The notes below the pieces were generated by a model that searched no databases, was not told the origin of the DNA, and was given only the letters and a program-made list of their open reading frames with translations. Of a DNA stretch of 64,000 nt, positions 21,653 through 33,184 are shown one piece after another. Each line of letters begins with the position of its first letter. The first letter of the stretch is position 1. A program made the translations under genes and the position numbers. This DNA is from Arcobacteraceae bacterium (lineage in GTDB: Bacteria; Campylobacterota; Campylobacteria; Campylobacterales; Arcobacteraceae). The stretch is from the NCBI GenBank assembly GCA_965224485.1, contig CBDCZH010000015.1, positions 1 to 64,000 of the forward strand, written 5' to 3'.

Positions 21653-22563
21653 TATTTACTCTGCTCTTTATAATTTAAAGTTTTAATTAAAGATATTTGT
21701 CTTAAAGACCAACCCATCATTTGATCAACATCAGCAGGAGATTTGTATTTATATTGCATTGCAGTAGGAGTTACAAAACCTTGAAGTCCAATATAAGCTT
21801 TAATTGTTTGCAACTCGGCTAAAATCATTTGAGTTAAACCAAATACATCACTTGGAGTTATAATATCTTTTTGAAAGTCATAAAAATCTACACTTTTAAT
21901 TCCTACTGTATTTTGTAAACTCTGAATTTTAAGTAAGATTTTCATACCAGCTCTAAAAGTATCAATAGGTTTAGAGTAAATTCTTCTTTTTGTAGGAATA
22001 GTATGATCTTTAATATTTAAATATTGTAAAATAGTTGTAATATCATCAAATATTCTTAATGTTTCACCAAAAACGTAAGAAGGTGTAAACTTACTACCAT
22101 TTATAAGATCAAGTAAGGCAGAAGATTCTTGTAAGGCATTAAAAACATCTAAGGGTTTTTTATTTTTATATTTTTTTGCTTTTGATACTTTTTTATTTAT
22201 ATTCATTCTAAATTTAAATATTTTTATTTCAGTTAAAATTCTTTGTGTTTGCTCGTAAGTTAAGATAGGGTCAAGATTTAATACAGCTTCCATATTAGAA
22301 GGTTCGATTTTAGGCATTTTATTAGATACTCTTAAAATATTAAGTTTTATCATAATTTCATAGGTTTTTTGCCAAGCATGACGTGGTTCTAAGGCTGTTT
22401 TAATTTTTTTTATTTCAATTTTTTTATTTATTTTAAAATATTTTTTAATTAAAATAAGTTCTTTTTGTATTTGTTTTACTTCTGAGTAAACTTCTGAGGG
22501 CGTAATTATTTTATTTGCACTAAGAGTAGAAAAGATAAAGACTAAAATTATTATTATTTTCAT
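21652..22563 (-). CDS. Exported hypothetical protein with internal helical repeats
   Basis: Signal peptide MKIIIILVFIFSTLSA; recurring TPSEVY/TPSYVF/TPSDVF/KPLDVF/SPADVD motifs; stop overlaps the kinase start. Confidence 0.8.
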   Translation of the reverse strand: MKIIIILVFIFSTLSANKIITPSEVYSEVKQIQKELILIKKYFKINKKIEIKKIKTALEPRHAWQKTYEIMIKLNILRVSNKMPKIEPSNMEAVLNLDPILTYEQTQRILTEIKIFKFRMNINKKVSKAKKYKNKKPLDVFNALQESSALLDLINGSKFTPSYVFGETLRIFDDITTILQYLNIKDHTIPTKRRIYSKPIDTFRAGMKILLKIQSLQNTVGIKSVDFYDFQKDIITPSDVFGLTQMILAELQTIKAYIGLQGFVTPTAMQYKYKSPADVDQMMGWSLRQISLIKTLNYKEQSK

Positions 22564-22691
22564 TTAACTACATAAAGTTATTTAAACTTTAATTTCCCCT
22601 TAATTAGCGAAATAATGTATTTCAAGATATTCTAATAAAGTTATTTTCGCATTATTTCACTTAAACTAATATTATTTTTTAGTTTTTTTTC

Positions 22692-23345
22692 TTAATATTT
22701 TTTTAATAAATCATTTAATATTACAGCAGTCATTCCCCAAATACGTTCATTTTTATATTTATAAACATAAATCTTATGTTTTTTATGTCCCCATGGTTTT
22801 CTATAATTTTTAGATAAACCTAATTTTTTAGCAGGAAAATAAACCTCTTTCTTTCCATTTTTTTTAATATGAAAGGGTTTTACCTCACTTCTTAAATAAT
22901 AAATTTCTGGTTTATGCTCTTTTAAATATTCCAAAGGAATTAAAATTATTCGTTCAACTTCATTCTTATCAATCTTCATGTTTTTTAGGGTTTTTTTCTT
23001 TAGAACTGCAATAAAAGGTTCAACAACTGCTCCAAAACTAGTAAGCATAGTATCAAGTCTTCCAATAACTTTCATATCTTTTTTCTTTATTCCTAGCTCT
23101 TCTTTAGTTTCACGCAAAGCAGTTTGTTTAAAAGATTTATCACACTTCTCAACTCCTCCACCTGGAAAACAGATATCTCCACCTTGGCTTATATGTTTAG
23201 CTCTTTTTTGAAATAAGATAAAATACTTGCCTCTTATTTTTATAAAAGGTATTAAAACACTAGAGTTGAATAATCTATGTCTTCCCATAATACCAGGTCT
23301 TTTAGGTAGATTTTCTGCAAGTCTTTTTAAATCTTTTTTTTTCAT
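22692..23345 (-). CDS. Nudix hydrolase, CoA pyrophosphatase type
   Basis: GDICFPGG..TALRETKEELG Nudix box, IWGMTA. Confidence 0.9.
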   Translation of the reverse strand: MKKKDLKRLAENLPKRPGIMGRHRLFNSSVLIPFIKIRGKYFILFQKRAKHISQGGDICFPGGGVEKCDKSFKQTALRETKEELGIKKKDMKVIGRLDTMLTSFGAVVEPFIAVLKKKTLKNMKIDKNEVERIILIPLEYLKEHKPEIYYLRSEVKPFHIKKNGKKEVYFPAKKLGLSKNYRKPWGHKKHKIYVYKYKNERIWGMTAVILNDLLKKY

Positions 23346-23412
23346 ATATTCTTCTTTTTAATTTTGAAACAAAGTTTATCACTAAATCACTTATAAAGTA
23401 TTTTTTAACATT

Positions 23413-24861
23413 TTAATATATTAAATATAACCAAGATAAGACTAATAGTGGCCCTAAAATTGCAATAATAACACCAAGACTTAGGAAATCTTTTGCCTGG
23501 AGTTTTCCACTTGAATACATAATAGCATTAGGTGGAGTTGAAACAGGTAATGTCATAGCAAAAGATGCACATAAAGCAACAGCAATTACTGCAAAAGTAC
23601 TAAGATGTTCAGTAAAAGAGCTAGAAATTGCAATTATTAAAGGTAGTAAAATATTTGTAGCTGCTGTATTACTCATGAAATTTGAAACTAAAACTACTAT
23701 GTATGAGAATACTAATACAAGTAAAAAAACACTAAAACCTGAAAAATCAATTAAAGAAGCTAACCAAGTATCAAGTCCTGTTTTTACAACACCTAAACCT
23801 AAAGATAAACCACCTATTATTAAAATAATTACATCCCATCTAATTTCTTTTATATCCTCAACATCAATTATTCCAAAAATTGTTAACACAATAATAGGTA
23901 AAAAAGAGACAACAGTTGTAGGAATATGATGCAAAGGACCAGTAAGCCAAAGACTTACCGTAGTAAGAAGAACTAAAATAACTAAAGCTTTTTTCCAACT
24001 TGGATAAGAAGGAACTTTTGAAAAGTCTGTTGTTGAATCATCATAATGGGATACTTCTTCTAAGTATTTTATTATGATTTTTTCTTCATTAGATGGGTAA
24101 AGTTTAATAATAATATACCTTAAAATGATTACAGCAACAATAGCAGGAGGCAAGGCATGATACATCCAAGAAACAAAAGAAGGAGCATTCACACCTAGGG
24201 CACCTACAGCAATAGCATTTGGAGGAGTTCCAATAATTGTACTCATTCCTCCAATATTAGCAGCAACAACAACAGCTAATAAAATAGCTTTTTGAAACTT
24301 ATTGTCTTTTTTCATGCTTGCTAGTATTGGAACTGTAACAGTTATCATCATAGCAGTTGTAGCAGTATTTGAAATAAACATTGATAAAACAAAGGTAATT
24401 ATCATTAAACCAGATAAGATATTCTCAGGTTTATCGCCTACGTAAAAAAGCATTTTTTTAGCAAGCCAAAGATCAAGTTTTGTTTTAGAAGCTGCAATTG
24501 CCATAATAAAACCACCCAAGAATAAAAATACTAAAGGTGAAGACCAAGGCTGTAAAAAATATTTCCAAGAAGTATTATGTTTTGAGAAATCAAAATCAGT
24601 AAAACCAATTAGAATGATTTCTAATCCTATTATTAATAAAGAGACTGAAAAAGCTGGTATTGCTTCACTTACCCATAAGCAAGCTGCAAATAAAAGTATA
24701 AATAACATGTATAAAGCATCTTGTTCTAAAGAAAAAGAAGGGAAGTAAGTAAGTACAAAAGCAAAAAGCAAAGAAAAAATAAATTTACTGAGTGCATTTT
24801 TAAGAGGTATTTTAAACCTATAGTTTATGAGTTTATTTAAATGTCGTCGAGTATCTAACAA
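23413..24861 (-). CDS. SLC13/DASS family Na+-coupled anion symporter
   Basis: SMFISNTATT, IGTPPNA, FMSNTAA, LPVSTPPNA. Confidence 0.93.
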   Translation of the reverse strand: MLDTRRHLNKLINYRFKIPLKNALSKFIFSLLFAFVLTYFPSFSLEQDALYMLFILLFAACLWVSEAIPAFSVSLLIIGLEIILIGFTDFDFSKHNTSWKYFLQPWSSPLVFLFLGGFIMAIAASKTKLDLWLAKKMLFYVGDKPENILSGLMIITFVLSMFISNTATTAMMITVTVPILASMKKDNKFQKAILLAVVVAANIGGMSTIIGTPPNAIAVGALGVNAPSFVSWMYHALPPAIVAVIILRYIIIKLYPSNEEKIIIKYLEEVSHYDDSTTDFSKVPSYPSWKKALVILVLLTTVSLWLTGPLHHIPTTVVSFLPIIVLTIFGIIDVEDIKEIRWDVIILIIGGLSLGLGVVKTGLDTWLASLIDFSGFSVFLLVLVFSYIVVLVSNFMSNTAATNILLPLIIAISSSFTEHLSTFAVIAVALCASFAMTLPVSTPPNAIMYSSGKLQAKDFLSLGVIIAILGPLLVLSWLYLIY

Positions 24862-24980
24862 AAAAAGCCTTTAAGAAATAATTTCTAGAAATATTTTATT
24901 TTACATATAAACTACTTATTTTAAGCTTTTTTAGATGAATTATTATTCATATATTTTAATAATAATTTTTATATAAAAAT

Positions 24981-24999
24981 AAAAGGTTCAAAACCTTTT
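24981..24999 (-). terminator. Possible purH terminator hairpin
   Basis: aaaaggtt-caa-aacctttt just after the purH stop. Confidence 0.45.
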
Positions 25000-25003
25000 A
25001 TTT

Positions 25004-26536
25004 TTAGTGTAAGAAGTGTCGCTTACCTGAGAAATATAATGCCATTCCAAATTCATTTGCAGCTTCTATAATTTCTTCATCTCTAATTGAACCACCTGGT
25101 TCTATTATACATTTTACACCAGCGGCTTCGGCAGCATCAATTGAATCTCTAAAAGGAAAAAATGCTTCACTAGCTAAGGCAGCTCCGCTTACATCAATTC
25201 CTAAATCTTCTGCTTTACGCAAAGCTGCTTTCGAAGCATCTACTCTTGAAGTCATACCCATACCAACAGCTACCATAGCTGAGTCTTTTACATATACAAC
25301 ACAATTTGATTTTGTTAAAGAAGCTAGTTTATATGCAATTTCCATATCTTTTATTTCTGCAGAACTTGCAACTCTGTTTGATTTAAGTTGTGAGTTTTTA
25401 ACTTCATCTTCGTCAACTCTATCAGCATCTTGATATACAAAACCACCATCAAGAATTTTAAAATTAAAAGCATCATTTGCAAGTTCTAGTTTTTTAGTAC
25501 CTTGAGAGAATAATTTAATTCTTTTCTTTTTGTTTAACTCTTCTAATGCTTCTTTTGTAAAATCAGCTGCAAAAACAACTTCTAAAAAGATTTCATTCAT
25601 TTTTTTTGCAAGTTCTAAATCAATAATTCCATTAACAGCAACAACACCACCAAAAGCAGAAATAGGATCACATCTTAAAGCTTGGTTATAAGACTCAAGT
25701 AAAGTATCTTTAATTGCAAAACCACAAGGATTTCCATGTTTTACAATACATACAGAATTAGCATCACCAAAAGCAGCTGCAATTTTAGAAGCTCCGCTAA
25801 TATCGCCCATATTATTGAAACTTGCTTCTCCTTTTAAGCTTAAAAACTTAGAAGTAAAATGCTTATCAAACTCATATAATGCACCTTTTTGATGTGGATT
25901 TTCTCCATATCTAGTATCAAATACTTTTTGCCCTACAATGAACTGTTTAGCACCCATACCAGCATTAAATCTTTTATTCATATAATTTGCAATCATTGAA
26001 TCATAAGCAGCTGTATGCTCATATGCTTTAATCATTAGGTCACGTCTAAACTCTAGCGTATTGGTATTATTTTTTAAATTATTTAAAACTAGGTCATAAT
26101 CAATAACATCAGTTATAATAATTACTGAATCGTGATTTTTTGCAGCAGATCTAACCATAGCTGGACCACCTATATCAATATTTTCAATAATTTCTTCAAA
26201 GTTATCAGTCTTTTCAATTGTTTCTTTAAATGGATATAAGTTAACACATACTAAATCAATACCAACAACTCCTAATTCTTTTGCTTCTTTAATGTGTGAT
26301 TCTTTATCTCGTCTGTATAAAATTCCACCATGAATAAAAGGATTTAATGTTTTAACTCTTCCTTCAAAACATTCAGGAAATTTTGTTACTTCATTTGCTT
26401 CAATTACAGCAATTCCAGATTCTTGAAGTTTTTTATATGTTCCACCAGTTGAAATAATTTCATATCCTAAAGATACTAACTCTTTTGCAAAGTCTACTAC
26501 ACCATTTTTATCACTTACACTAATTAATGCTCTCAT
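25004..26536 (-). CDS. purH: Bifunctional AICAR transformylase / IMP cyclohydrolase
   Basis: [37 protein letters not shown]-terminal RHFLH. Confidence 0.98.
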   Translation of the reverse strand: MRALISVSDKNGVVDFAKELVSLGYEIISTGGTYKKLQESGIAVIEANEVTKFPECFEGRVKTLNPFIHGGILYRRDKESHIKEAKELGVVGIDLVCVNLYPFKETIEKTDNFEEIIENIDIGGPAMVRSAAKNHDSVIIITDVIDYDLVLNNLKNNTNTLEFRRDLMIKAYEHTAAYDSMIANYMNKRFNAGMGAKQFIVGQKVFDTRYGENPHQKGALYEFDKHFTSKFLSLKGEASFNNMGDISGASKIAAAFGDANSVCIVKHGNPCGFAIKDTLLESYNQALRCDPISAFGGVVAVNGIIDLELAKKMNEIFLEVVFAADFTKEALEELNKKKRIKLFSQGTKKLELANDAFNFKILDGGFVYQDADRVDEDEVKNSQLKSNRVASSAEIKDMEIAYKLASLTKSNCVVYVKDSAMVAVGMGMTSRVDASKAALRKAEDLGIDVSGAALASEAFFPFRDSIDAAEAAGVKCIIEPGGSIRDEEIIEAANEFGMALYFSGKRHFLH

Positions 26537-26586
26537 TTTAATCCTATACTTTAATGTTTAAATTTAATATTTTGTATTTAAATAAA

Positions 26587-26617
26587 AAAAGCCAAACTTT
26601 AAAAAAGTTTGGCTTTT
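26587..26617 (-). terminator. Intrinsic terminator after purL
   Basis: aaaagccaaacttt-aaa-aaagtttggctttt followed by a T run on the minus strand. Confidence 0.7.
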
Positions 26618-26622
26618 AATTT

Positions 26623-28836
26623 TTATAAATCTTGTTCGATTATTTGTTGAAATTTATTATAATAAATATAACTTGCATCTTTTAAGGAAGTAGAAATATC
26701 ATTTATTTTAATACTATCTCCACCTACCGTTCCTATTTTAGTACAAGATATTCCATGAACACTTGCCATTGTTGAGATAATATCAACATTTGAAACTTCA
26801 ACTTCAATAATTGCTCTTGATAAAGTCTCAGAGAAAATATCTTTTGAATCATCTAAATTAACACTTACATCAACACCTTTATTTCCAACAACTGCCATTT
26901 TTGCTAAAGATACTGCAATTCCACCAAGGTTTACATCTTTTGCTGCTGCTATTAAAGAGTTTGTATTTCCATCAATTACTGTATTCCATAAGGCAAGTTC
27001 TTTAGTATAATCAACTTCTGGATGAGTACCAGCAACTTTTCCATACATTTTTTTCATATATAAAGAAGCTCCAAACTCACTTTTTGTATCACCTAATAAA
27101 AGTAAAATATTTCCATCTTTTTGCGAGCAAGAAGGTAAAACATTATTCGCATCTTCATTAATTCCAACAGTAGCAATTGAAGGTGTTGGAAAAACTCCAA
27201 CTCCATTTGTTTCATTATATAAAGAAACATTTCCACCAATTACAGGAGTATTTAATGCCTTACAAGCAGATTTAATACCCTCACAAGAAGCAGCGAATTG
27301 CCACATAACTTCAGGATTTTCAGGATTTCCAAAATTTAAACAATCTGTTATTGCTTTTGGAACTGCGCCTGTCATTGCAACATTACGACCACTTTCCATA
27401 ACAGCAGCTGCTGCTCCTAATTCGGGATTTATATAACATAATCTTGTATTACAATCAGCACTCATACTTAAAGCTTTTCCAGTCTCTTTGATTCGAATAG
27501 TTGAACCATCAAGTTTTCCAGGACCTTTAATAGTATTTGTTTGAACCATCGAGTCATATTGATTATAAACCCATGATTTATCAACAATTTCCATATCACT
27601 AAACATTTCATCAAAAGCTTTTTGATTTGAAATATCTTTATCTAAAGTAATATCTTCAATACCTTCTAAATAAACTGGTTTTTTAACAGGTCTATCTAAA
27701 ATTGGAGCTTGTTCACTTAAGGGTTGAATTGGGATATCTGCACATAATTCATTATGCCAATATAACTCCATATTTCCAGTATTAGTAACTTCACCAATAA
27801 CAGCCACATCTAGTTCCCATTTTTCAAAGATTTCAATAATCTTATCTTCACAACCTTTTTTTGCACAAATTAACATTCTCTCTTGAGATTCACTTAACAT
27901 AAAGTCATAAGGTGTCATACCTTCTTCTCTTGAAGGAACTTTATCTAAATCCATTCTCATACCAGAACCACTTCGTCCTGCCATTTCAAAAGATGAAGAA
28001 GTTAAACCAGCTGCTCCCATATCTTGAATACCAATAATATAATCATGTTTAAATAACTCTAAACAAGCTTCTAATAAAAGTTTTTCAGTAAAAGGATCTC
28101 CAACTTGAACAGTAGGACGTTTACTCTCATTATCCTGGGTAAAAGAAGCAGAACTCATAACAGCCCCACCTAAACCATCACGTCCAGTCTTAGATCCTAC
28201 ATACATAACAGGATTCCCAATACCTTCAGCTAATCCTAAAAAGATTTCATCTTTTTTAGCAAGACCTATAGTAAAAGCATTTACAATATTATTTCCAGCA
28301 TAACACTCTTCAAAAGTAGTCTCCCCACCAATAGTAGGAACTCCCATACAGTTACCATATCCACCAATACCAGCAACTACACCTCGAAGTAAAAATCTAT
28401 GTTTTTTTGCAGTTTCGCTATTACCTTCTATTCCTGCAAATCTAATAGAATTCATATTTGCAATAGGCCTAGCACCCATAGTAAATACATCTCTTAAAAT
28501 TCCACCAACACCAGTAGCAGCACCTTGATAAGGTTCTATAAAAGAAGGATGATTATGTGACTCCATTTTAAAAACAGCAGCATAACCATCACCTATATCA
28601 ATAACACCAGCATTTTCACCAGGACCTTGAATAACCCAAGGTGCGCTGACTGGAAAACCATTTAAGTATTTTTTACTTGATTTATATGAACAATGCTCAC
28701 TCCACATTGCAGAAAAAATTCCAATTTCTACATAATTTGGATCTCTTTTTAATATTTCTTTTATATTATCTAATTCTTCCAGACTTAAAGAGTGTGCTAA
28801 TGCCATCTCTTCAAGGTTCAGTTCAGTTTTTTCCAT
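26623..28836 (-). CDS. purL: Phosphoribosylformylglycinamidine synthase subunit PurL
   Basis: [32 protein letters not shown]. Confidence 0.98.
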   Translation of the reverse strand: MEKTELNLEEMALAHSLSLEELDNIKEILKRDPNYVEIGIFSAMWSEHCSYKSSKKYLNGFPVSAPWVIQGPGENAGVIDIGDGYAAVFKMESHNHPSFIEPYQGAATGVGGILRDVFTMGARPIANMNSIRFAGIEGNSETAKKHRFLLRGVVAGIGGYGNCMGVPTIGGETTFEECYAGNNIVNAFTIGLAKKDEIFLGLAEGIGNPVMYVGSKTGRDGLGGAVMSSASFTQDNESKRPTVQVGDPFTEKLLLEACLELFKHDYIIGIQDMGAAGLTSSSFEMAGRSGSGMRMDLDKVPSREEGMTPYDFMLSESQERMLICAKKGCEDKIIEIFEKWELDVAVIGEVTNTGNMELYWHNELCADIPIQPLSEQAPILDRPVKKPVYLEGIEDITLDKDISNQKAFDEMFSDMEIVDKSWVYNQYDSMVQTNTIKGPGKLDGSTIRIKETGKALSMSADCNTRLCYINPELGAAAAVMESGRNVAMTGAVPKAITDCLNFGNPENPEVMWQFAASCEGIKSACKALNTPVIGGNVSLYNETNGVGVFPTPSIATVGINEDANNVLPSCSQKDGNILLLLGDTKSEFGASLYMKKMYGKVAGTHPEVDYTKELALWNTVIDGNTNSLIAAAKDVNLGGIAVSLAKMAVVGNKGVDVSVNLDDSKDIFSETLSRAIIEVEVSNVDIISTMASVHGISCTKIGTVGGDSIKINDISTSLKDASYIYYNKFQQIIEQDL

Positions 28837-28993
28837 GTTTTCCCTTAAAATAATGCTCTACTTATATTATGGCGATTGTATCTAAAATAGTGTTAATTTT
28901 TCTTTTAAAAAAGTATTTTTTTTATAAAAAAAGAACTTAAAAAGATAAAATCCTAATAAAATAATAACTTTTATTTCTTAAGATATAAAAAAA

Positions 28994-29953
28994 CTAACCT
29001 TCATTTAAAATTGAAACTATTCCATTTTTAAGTTCAATATATAATTCTTTTTTTCCATTAAAAACATATGATTTTGTTTTATAATTCTCATCCATGCTAA
29101 TTTTAAACATTCTTTTATTTATTGAATTAGGATAAGGCATAATATTAATATTATAGAATCTTATAGATTTTTCCTCTTTTTTAGAAAAAAGTCTTTTTTT
29201 ATATTTTTTAAAATTCTCAAAGTTTGAACCATTTGCTTTTGTAAATTCTTTAGAATAAAAAGATAAATATGAGTTTACATCTGAAGTCTTCCAAGCATCT
29301 CTCCAAGAATAAATAAAAGACAAAATTGTACTAAGTTCATCTTTTGTTGCATCTTTAACAGCCAAATCAGAAATTAAAAGAATTGATTTTTCAAAAACAA
29401 TTCTTTTTTCTAGTTCGCTTAATGAATTATTATCTAAAGCAATACACCCTTTTGTAAACTCTTCTCTTGTTTCATCTAAAGGCATTCCATGAATCCAAAT
29501 TCCATGACCTTTTTTATTTCTAGCTTTATCAAAAGAATTAGGATAAGAAGTTACAAGAGCTAAAGGACCATAAAAAGAGTCAAGTTTTGTAATTTTTGAC
29601 GTTAAGTCATAAGCCCCTTCTGGTGTTTTCAGATCCCCTTCTATTTGTTTATCACCCTCTTTTTCTCCTACAAGTACACTAGAACTTGATAGTTTTAAGA
29701 ATTGGTGATCTTCATTTTTATATAAACTTAATTTTTTACTTTGTTTCTCACAGTAAATAATAAATTGTTTTGATTCGTAATAACCAAACTTAACATCTTT
29801 TTTAAGAAGATATTTTTCCCAGTACTGTTTTTGCATCAGTTGCTGTTCTATTTTTACTTTAACAGCATCAATTCCTTGAGTTCTATATAGATATGCTAAA
29901 TCAGCATTTACTATATTTATAATGAAAATTAATAACAAAAATAATCTTAACAA
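28994..29953 (-). CDS. L,D-transpeptidase/carboxypeptidase (YkuD plus NTF2-like domain; Pgp2/Csd6-like)
   Basis: EGDLKTPEG, GIWIHG, TKGCIA; GGAG-preceded TTG start at 29953. Confidence 0.88.
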   Translation of the reverse strand: MLRLFLLLIFIINIVNADLAYLYRTQGIDAVKVKIEQQLMQKQYWEKYLLKKDVKFGYYESKQFIIYCEKQSKKLSLYKNEDHQFLKLSSSSVLVGEKEGDKQIEGDLKTPEGAYDLTSKITKLDSFYGPLALVTSYPNSFDKARNKKGHGIWIHGMPLDETREEFTKGCIALDNNSLSELEKRIVFEKSILLISDLAVKDATKDELSTILSFIYSWRDAWKTSDVNSYLSFYSKEFTKANGSNFENFKKYKKRLFSKKEEKSIRFYNINIMPYPNSINKRMFKISMDENYKTKSYVFNGKKELYIELKNGIVSILNEG

Positions 29954-30026
29954 GTTTTCTCCATATATCTTTAAGTTGTGCAATTGTATAATAAGCCTCC
30001 TAATTTTCAAATAAAGAGAAATCACT

Positions 30027-31196
30027 GTGAAATTTATACTAATTGTTTTATTATTATTAACGAATTCTTACGCTTTAGAAGTAAAAGAATTATTTTGGCC
30101 AAAAGGCGAAAGCTTTTTAACTTTTTTAGAAAAACATTCTATTTCTTCTAAACTATATTTTAATCTTAACAAAGAAGATCAAGAACTTTGTTCTGAGATA
30201 AGAGCTGGTATTAAGTATCAAATACTTAATAATGATGATGGAAGTTTAAAACAAGTTTTAATTCCTATTTCAGAAGAGATGCAATTGCACTTATATCAAG
30301 ATAAGGAAAAAAAGTATTTATTTACAATTACTCCAATTGTTTTTGACGAAAAAGTAATTGAACTGAATCTTAAAATCAAATACTCTCCTTATCAAGATAT
30401 TTTAAACCAAACAGGTAATAAAGAACTTGCTAATGAGTTTATTCGAGCATTTTCTGGTTCTGTTAACTTTAGGCGTATGCAAGTTGGCGATAATATTGCT
30501 ATTAAATTCAAACAGAGATTTAGATTAGGTCAATATTATGGAATGCCTCAAATAATTTCAGCACTAAGTGAAGTTAATAAAAAAAAATATTTTATTTTTA
30601 AAAATGATAATGATGGAAAATACTACAATGATAAGGGAAAAAGTTTAAGCTCATATTTTTTTAAAATACCCTTGTCTTATTCAAGAATATCTAGTAAATT
30701 TACCTACAAAAGATGGCATCCTATTTTAAAGCGATATAGAGCGCACTTAGGAATTGATTATGCAGCTCCAAGAGGACGTGCAATTTATGCCTCAGCAGAC
30801 GGAAGAATTGTTTTTGCTGGACGAAAAGGTGGTTATGGTAAAGTAATAGAAATACAACATAAAAATGGCTATAAAACCTTATATGCCCATCAAAGTAAAT
30901 TTAAAGCTGGCATGAGAAGAGGTAAAAGAGTAAGGAAAGGTCAACAAATTGGTTATGTAGGGACTACTGGAAGAAGTACAGGACCACATTTACACTTTGG
31001 TTTATATAAAAATGGACGGGCTGTAAATCCTTCTAAAATTGTTAAAGTTACTAAAACAAAATTAAAAGGAAAAGAGAAAAGAAAATTCTTAAAATATACA
31101 CAATCTTTAAGTAAAGAGTTATTAGAAATCATAAAAAATAAAGATATCCCTTTACGATTAGAAACTATTGAAACAAAAACTATATTAGAAGCCTAA
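30027..31196 (+). CDS. M23 family peptidoglycan DD-metalloendopeptidase
   Basis: HLGIDY, YAHQS, TGRSTGPHLHFG. Confidence 0.93.
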   Translation: MKFILIVLLLLTNSYALEVKELFWPKGESFLTFLEKHSISSKLYFNLNKEDQELCSEIRAGIKYQILNNDDGSLKQVLIPISEEMQLHLYQDKEKKYLFTITPIVFDEKVIELNLKIKYSPYQDILNQTGNKELANEFIRAFSGSVNFRRMQVGDNIAIKFKQRFRLGQYYGMPQIISALSEVNKKKYFIFKNDNDGKYYNDKGKSLSSYFFKIPLSYSRISSKFTYKRWHPILKRYRAHLGIDYAAPRGRAIYASADGRIVFAGRKGGYGKVIEIQHKNGYKTLYAHQSKFKAGMRRGKRVRKGQQIGYVGTTGRSTGPHLHFGLYKNGRAVNPSKIVKVTKTKLKGKEKRKFLKYTQSLSKELLEIIKNKDIPLRLETIETKTILEA

Positions 31197-31205
31197 GGAG
31201 TTATA

Positions 31206-32558
31206 ATGCAAAATAAAAATGCAATTAGAGATCCAAAGAAATTATTAGCTCTTATAGAAGAGTTACATCCAAGTGATATTGCTTACAATTTAAAGAAAAT
31301 TGAGCAAAAGAGTGAAGATGATTTTATATTTGTTTTAAAAGAATTACCTGATGATATTTTAGGTGATGTTTTACTTGAGTTACCAGATAATCTTAGAGAT
31401 GATGCTTATAGTGCATTAAGTATTAAACAATTAACAGATGCAGTTGATGAGTTAGAATCAGATGATCAAACAGATATTATTCAAGAATTAGAAGAGTTAG
31501 ATGAAGCAAAAGCAAAAGAAATTTTTGAAGGACTTGAAAAAGAAGATCAACAAGAAATTACTTGGCTTAAAAAATATGAAGAGCAAGAAGCTGGGGCTTA
31601 TATGCAAACGGAGTTATTCTCCGCTTTAATTACTGAAACAATTGGCGAATCTATTAATAGGCTTAAACTTGCAAAAAAAGATGATGAATTAGAAAATATT
31701 CATCAAGTTTTTATAATAAATGAAAATAAATCATTAATAGCTTCTATTTTATTAGAAGATTTGATTATTTTTGATTTTAACAAAACATATGATGATATTA
31801 TAAATGAGCATGAAGATAATAAATTTAAACCTTTTAGCGTGCATGATGATGAAGAAATTAAAGAAGTATCAAAACAGTTTGAAAAATATGATCTTTCTGT
31901 TGTAGCTGTGGTTGGTTATCAAAATATGCTAATGGGAAGAATTACAGCTGATGATATTTTAGATGTTATTGAAGAAAATGCAACAGAACAAATGTACCAA
32001 TTAGCCGGTGTTGATGATGATTTTGAGCATGAAGATGATTTAAAAACAACAGCAAAGAAAAGAGCTTCATGGTTATTTTTAAATCTAGCAACAGCTATTT
32101 TAGCCTCTTTAGTAATAGGTATCTTTGATGAAACAATTAAATCATTTATTGCTTTAGCTATTTTAATGCCAATAGTAGCCTCTATGGGTGGAAATGCAGG
32201 GACTCAAACACTTACAGTAATGGTAAGACAGTTAGCACTAGGTGATATTGACTTAGAAAATGCTAAAGAAGCTGTAAAAAAAGAGGTTTTCATTTCACTT
32301 TTTAATGGTTTATTATTTGCTTTTATTATAGGAATAATTGCATATTTTTGGTTTCATACAGCACTTCTAGGAGTAGTAATTGCTTTATCCATGATAATAA
32401 ATCTTTTCGCTGCTGGTTTTTTTGGAGCATCTATTCCTTTATTACTTAAAAAGTATGATATTGACCCAGCAGTTGGAAGTACAGTTTTATTAACAACAGT
32501 TACAGATATTGTTGGTTTTTTCTCTTTTTTAATGTTAGCAAAACTTATTCTAGTTTAA
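31206..32558 (+). CDS. mgtE: Magnesium transporter MgtE
   Basis: CBS region, MGGNAGTQ, DPAVGS, TTVTDIVGF. Confidence 0.96.
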   Translation: MQNKNAIRDPKKLLALIEELHPSDIAYNLKKIEQKSEDDFIFVLKELPDDILGDVLLELPDNLRDDAYSALSIKQLTDAVDELESDDQTDIIQELEELDEAKAKEIFEGLEKEDQQEITWLKKYEEQEAGAYMQTELFSALITETIGESINRLKLAKKDDELENIHQVFIINENKSLIASILLEDLIIFDFNKTYDDIINEHEDNKFKPFSVHDDEEIKEVSKQFEKYDLSVVAVVGYQNMLMGRITADDILDVIEENATEQMYQLAGVDDDFEHEDDLKTTAKKRASWLFLNLATAILASLVIGIFDETIKSFIALAILMPIVASMGGNAGTQTLTVMVRQLALGDIDLENAKEAVKKEVFISLFNGLLFAFIIGIIAYFWFHTALLGVVIALSMIINLFAAGFFGASIPLLLKKYDIDPAVGSTVLLTTVTDIVGFFSFLMLAKLILV

Positions 32559-32590
32559 AAGAATAAACTTTGCTTTATTTCTTATATAGA

Positions 32591-33163
32591 TTATTTTCCT
32601 AAAGAAGATGATACTATTGCTAAAAACTCATCTTTAGTTTTTTTCTCTTTTTTAAATATTCCTCTTAACGCTGAAGTAACTGTAGTTGAACAAATCTTTT
32701 GCACACCCCTCATTTCCATACACATATGCCTTGCATCTACAATAACAGCAACACCTTTTGGTTTTAAATGCTCATTTAATGCATCACAAATTTGCTCAGT
32801 AAATTGTTCTTGAATTTGTAATCTTCTTGCAAATACATCAACAACTCTAGGTATTTTTGAAAGTCCAACTACTTTACCATTTGGAATATAAGCAACATGA
32901 ACTTTTCCAATAATAGGTAATAAATGGTGTTCACACTGAGAATAAAACTCTATATCTTTTACTACAACCATTTCATCATTACTTGAAGTAAATAAAGCCT
33001 GTTCTATTATCTCTTTTGGATCTTGTTTATACCCACTACACATAAACTCATATGCTTTTCGCACTCTGCTTGGAGTTTTTTCTAAACCTTCTCTGCTTAC
33101 ATCTTCACCTATATACTCAAGCATTGTTTCTACTGCTTGCTCAAACTCTTTTTCTTTACTCAA
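32591..33163 (-). CDS. folE: GTP cyclohydrolase I
   Basis: [29 protein letters not shown]. Confidence 0.98.
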   Translation of the reverse strand: MSKEKEFEQAVETMLEYIGEDVSREGLEKTPSRVRKAYEFMCSGYKQDPKEIIEQALFTSSNDEMVVVKDIEFYSQCEHHLLPIIGKVHVAYIPNGKVVGLSKIPRVVDVFARRLQIQEQFTEQICDALNEHLKPKGVAVIVDARHMCMEMRGVQKICSTTVTSALRGIFKKEKKTKDEFLAIVSSSLGK

Positions 33164-33184
33164 AACATATTCCTTATAAACAAA

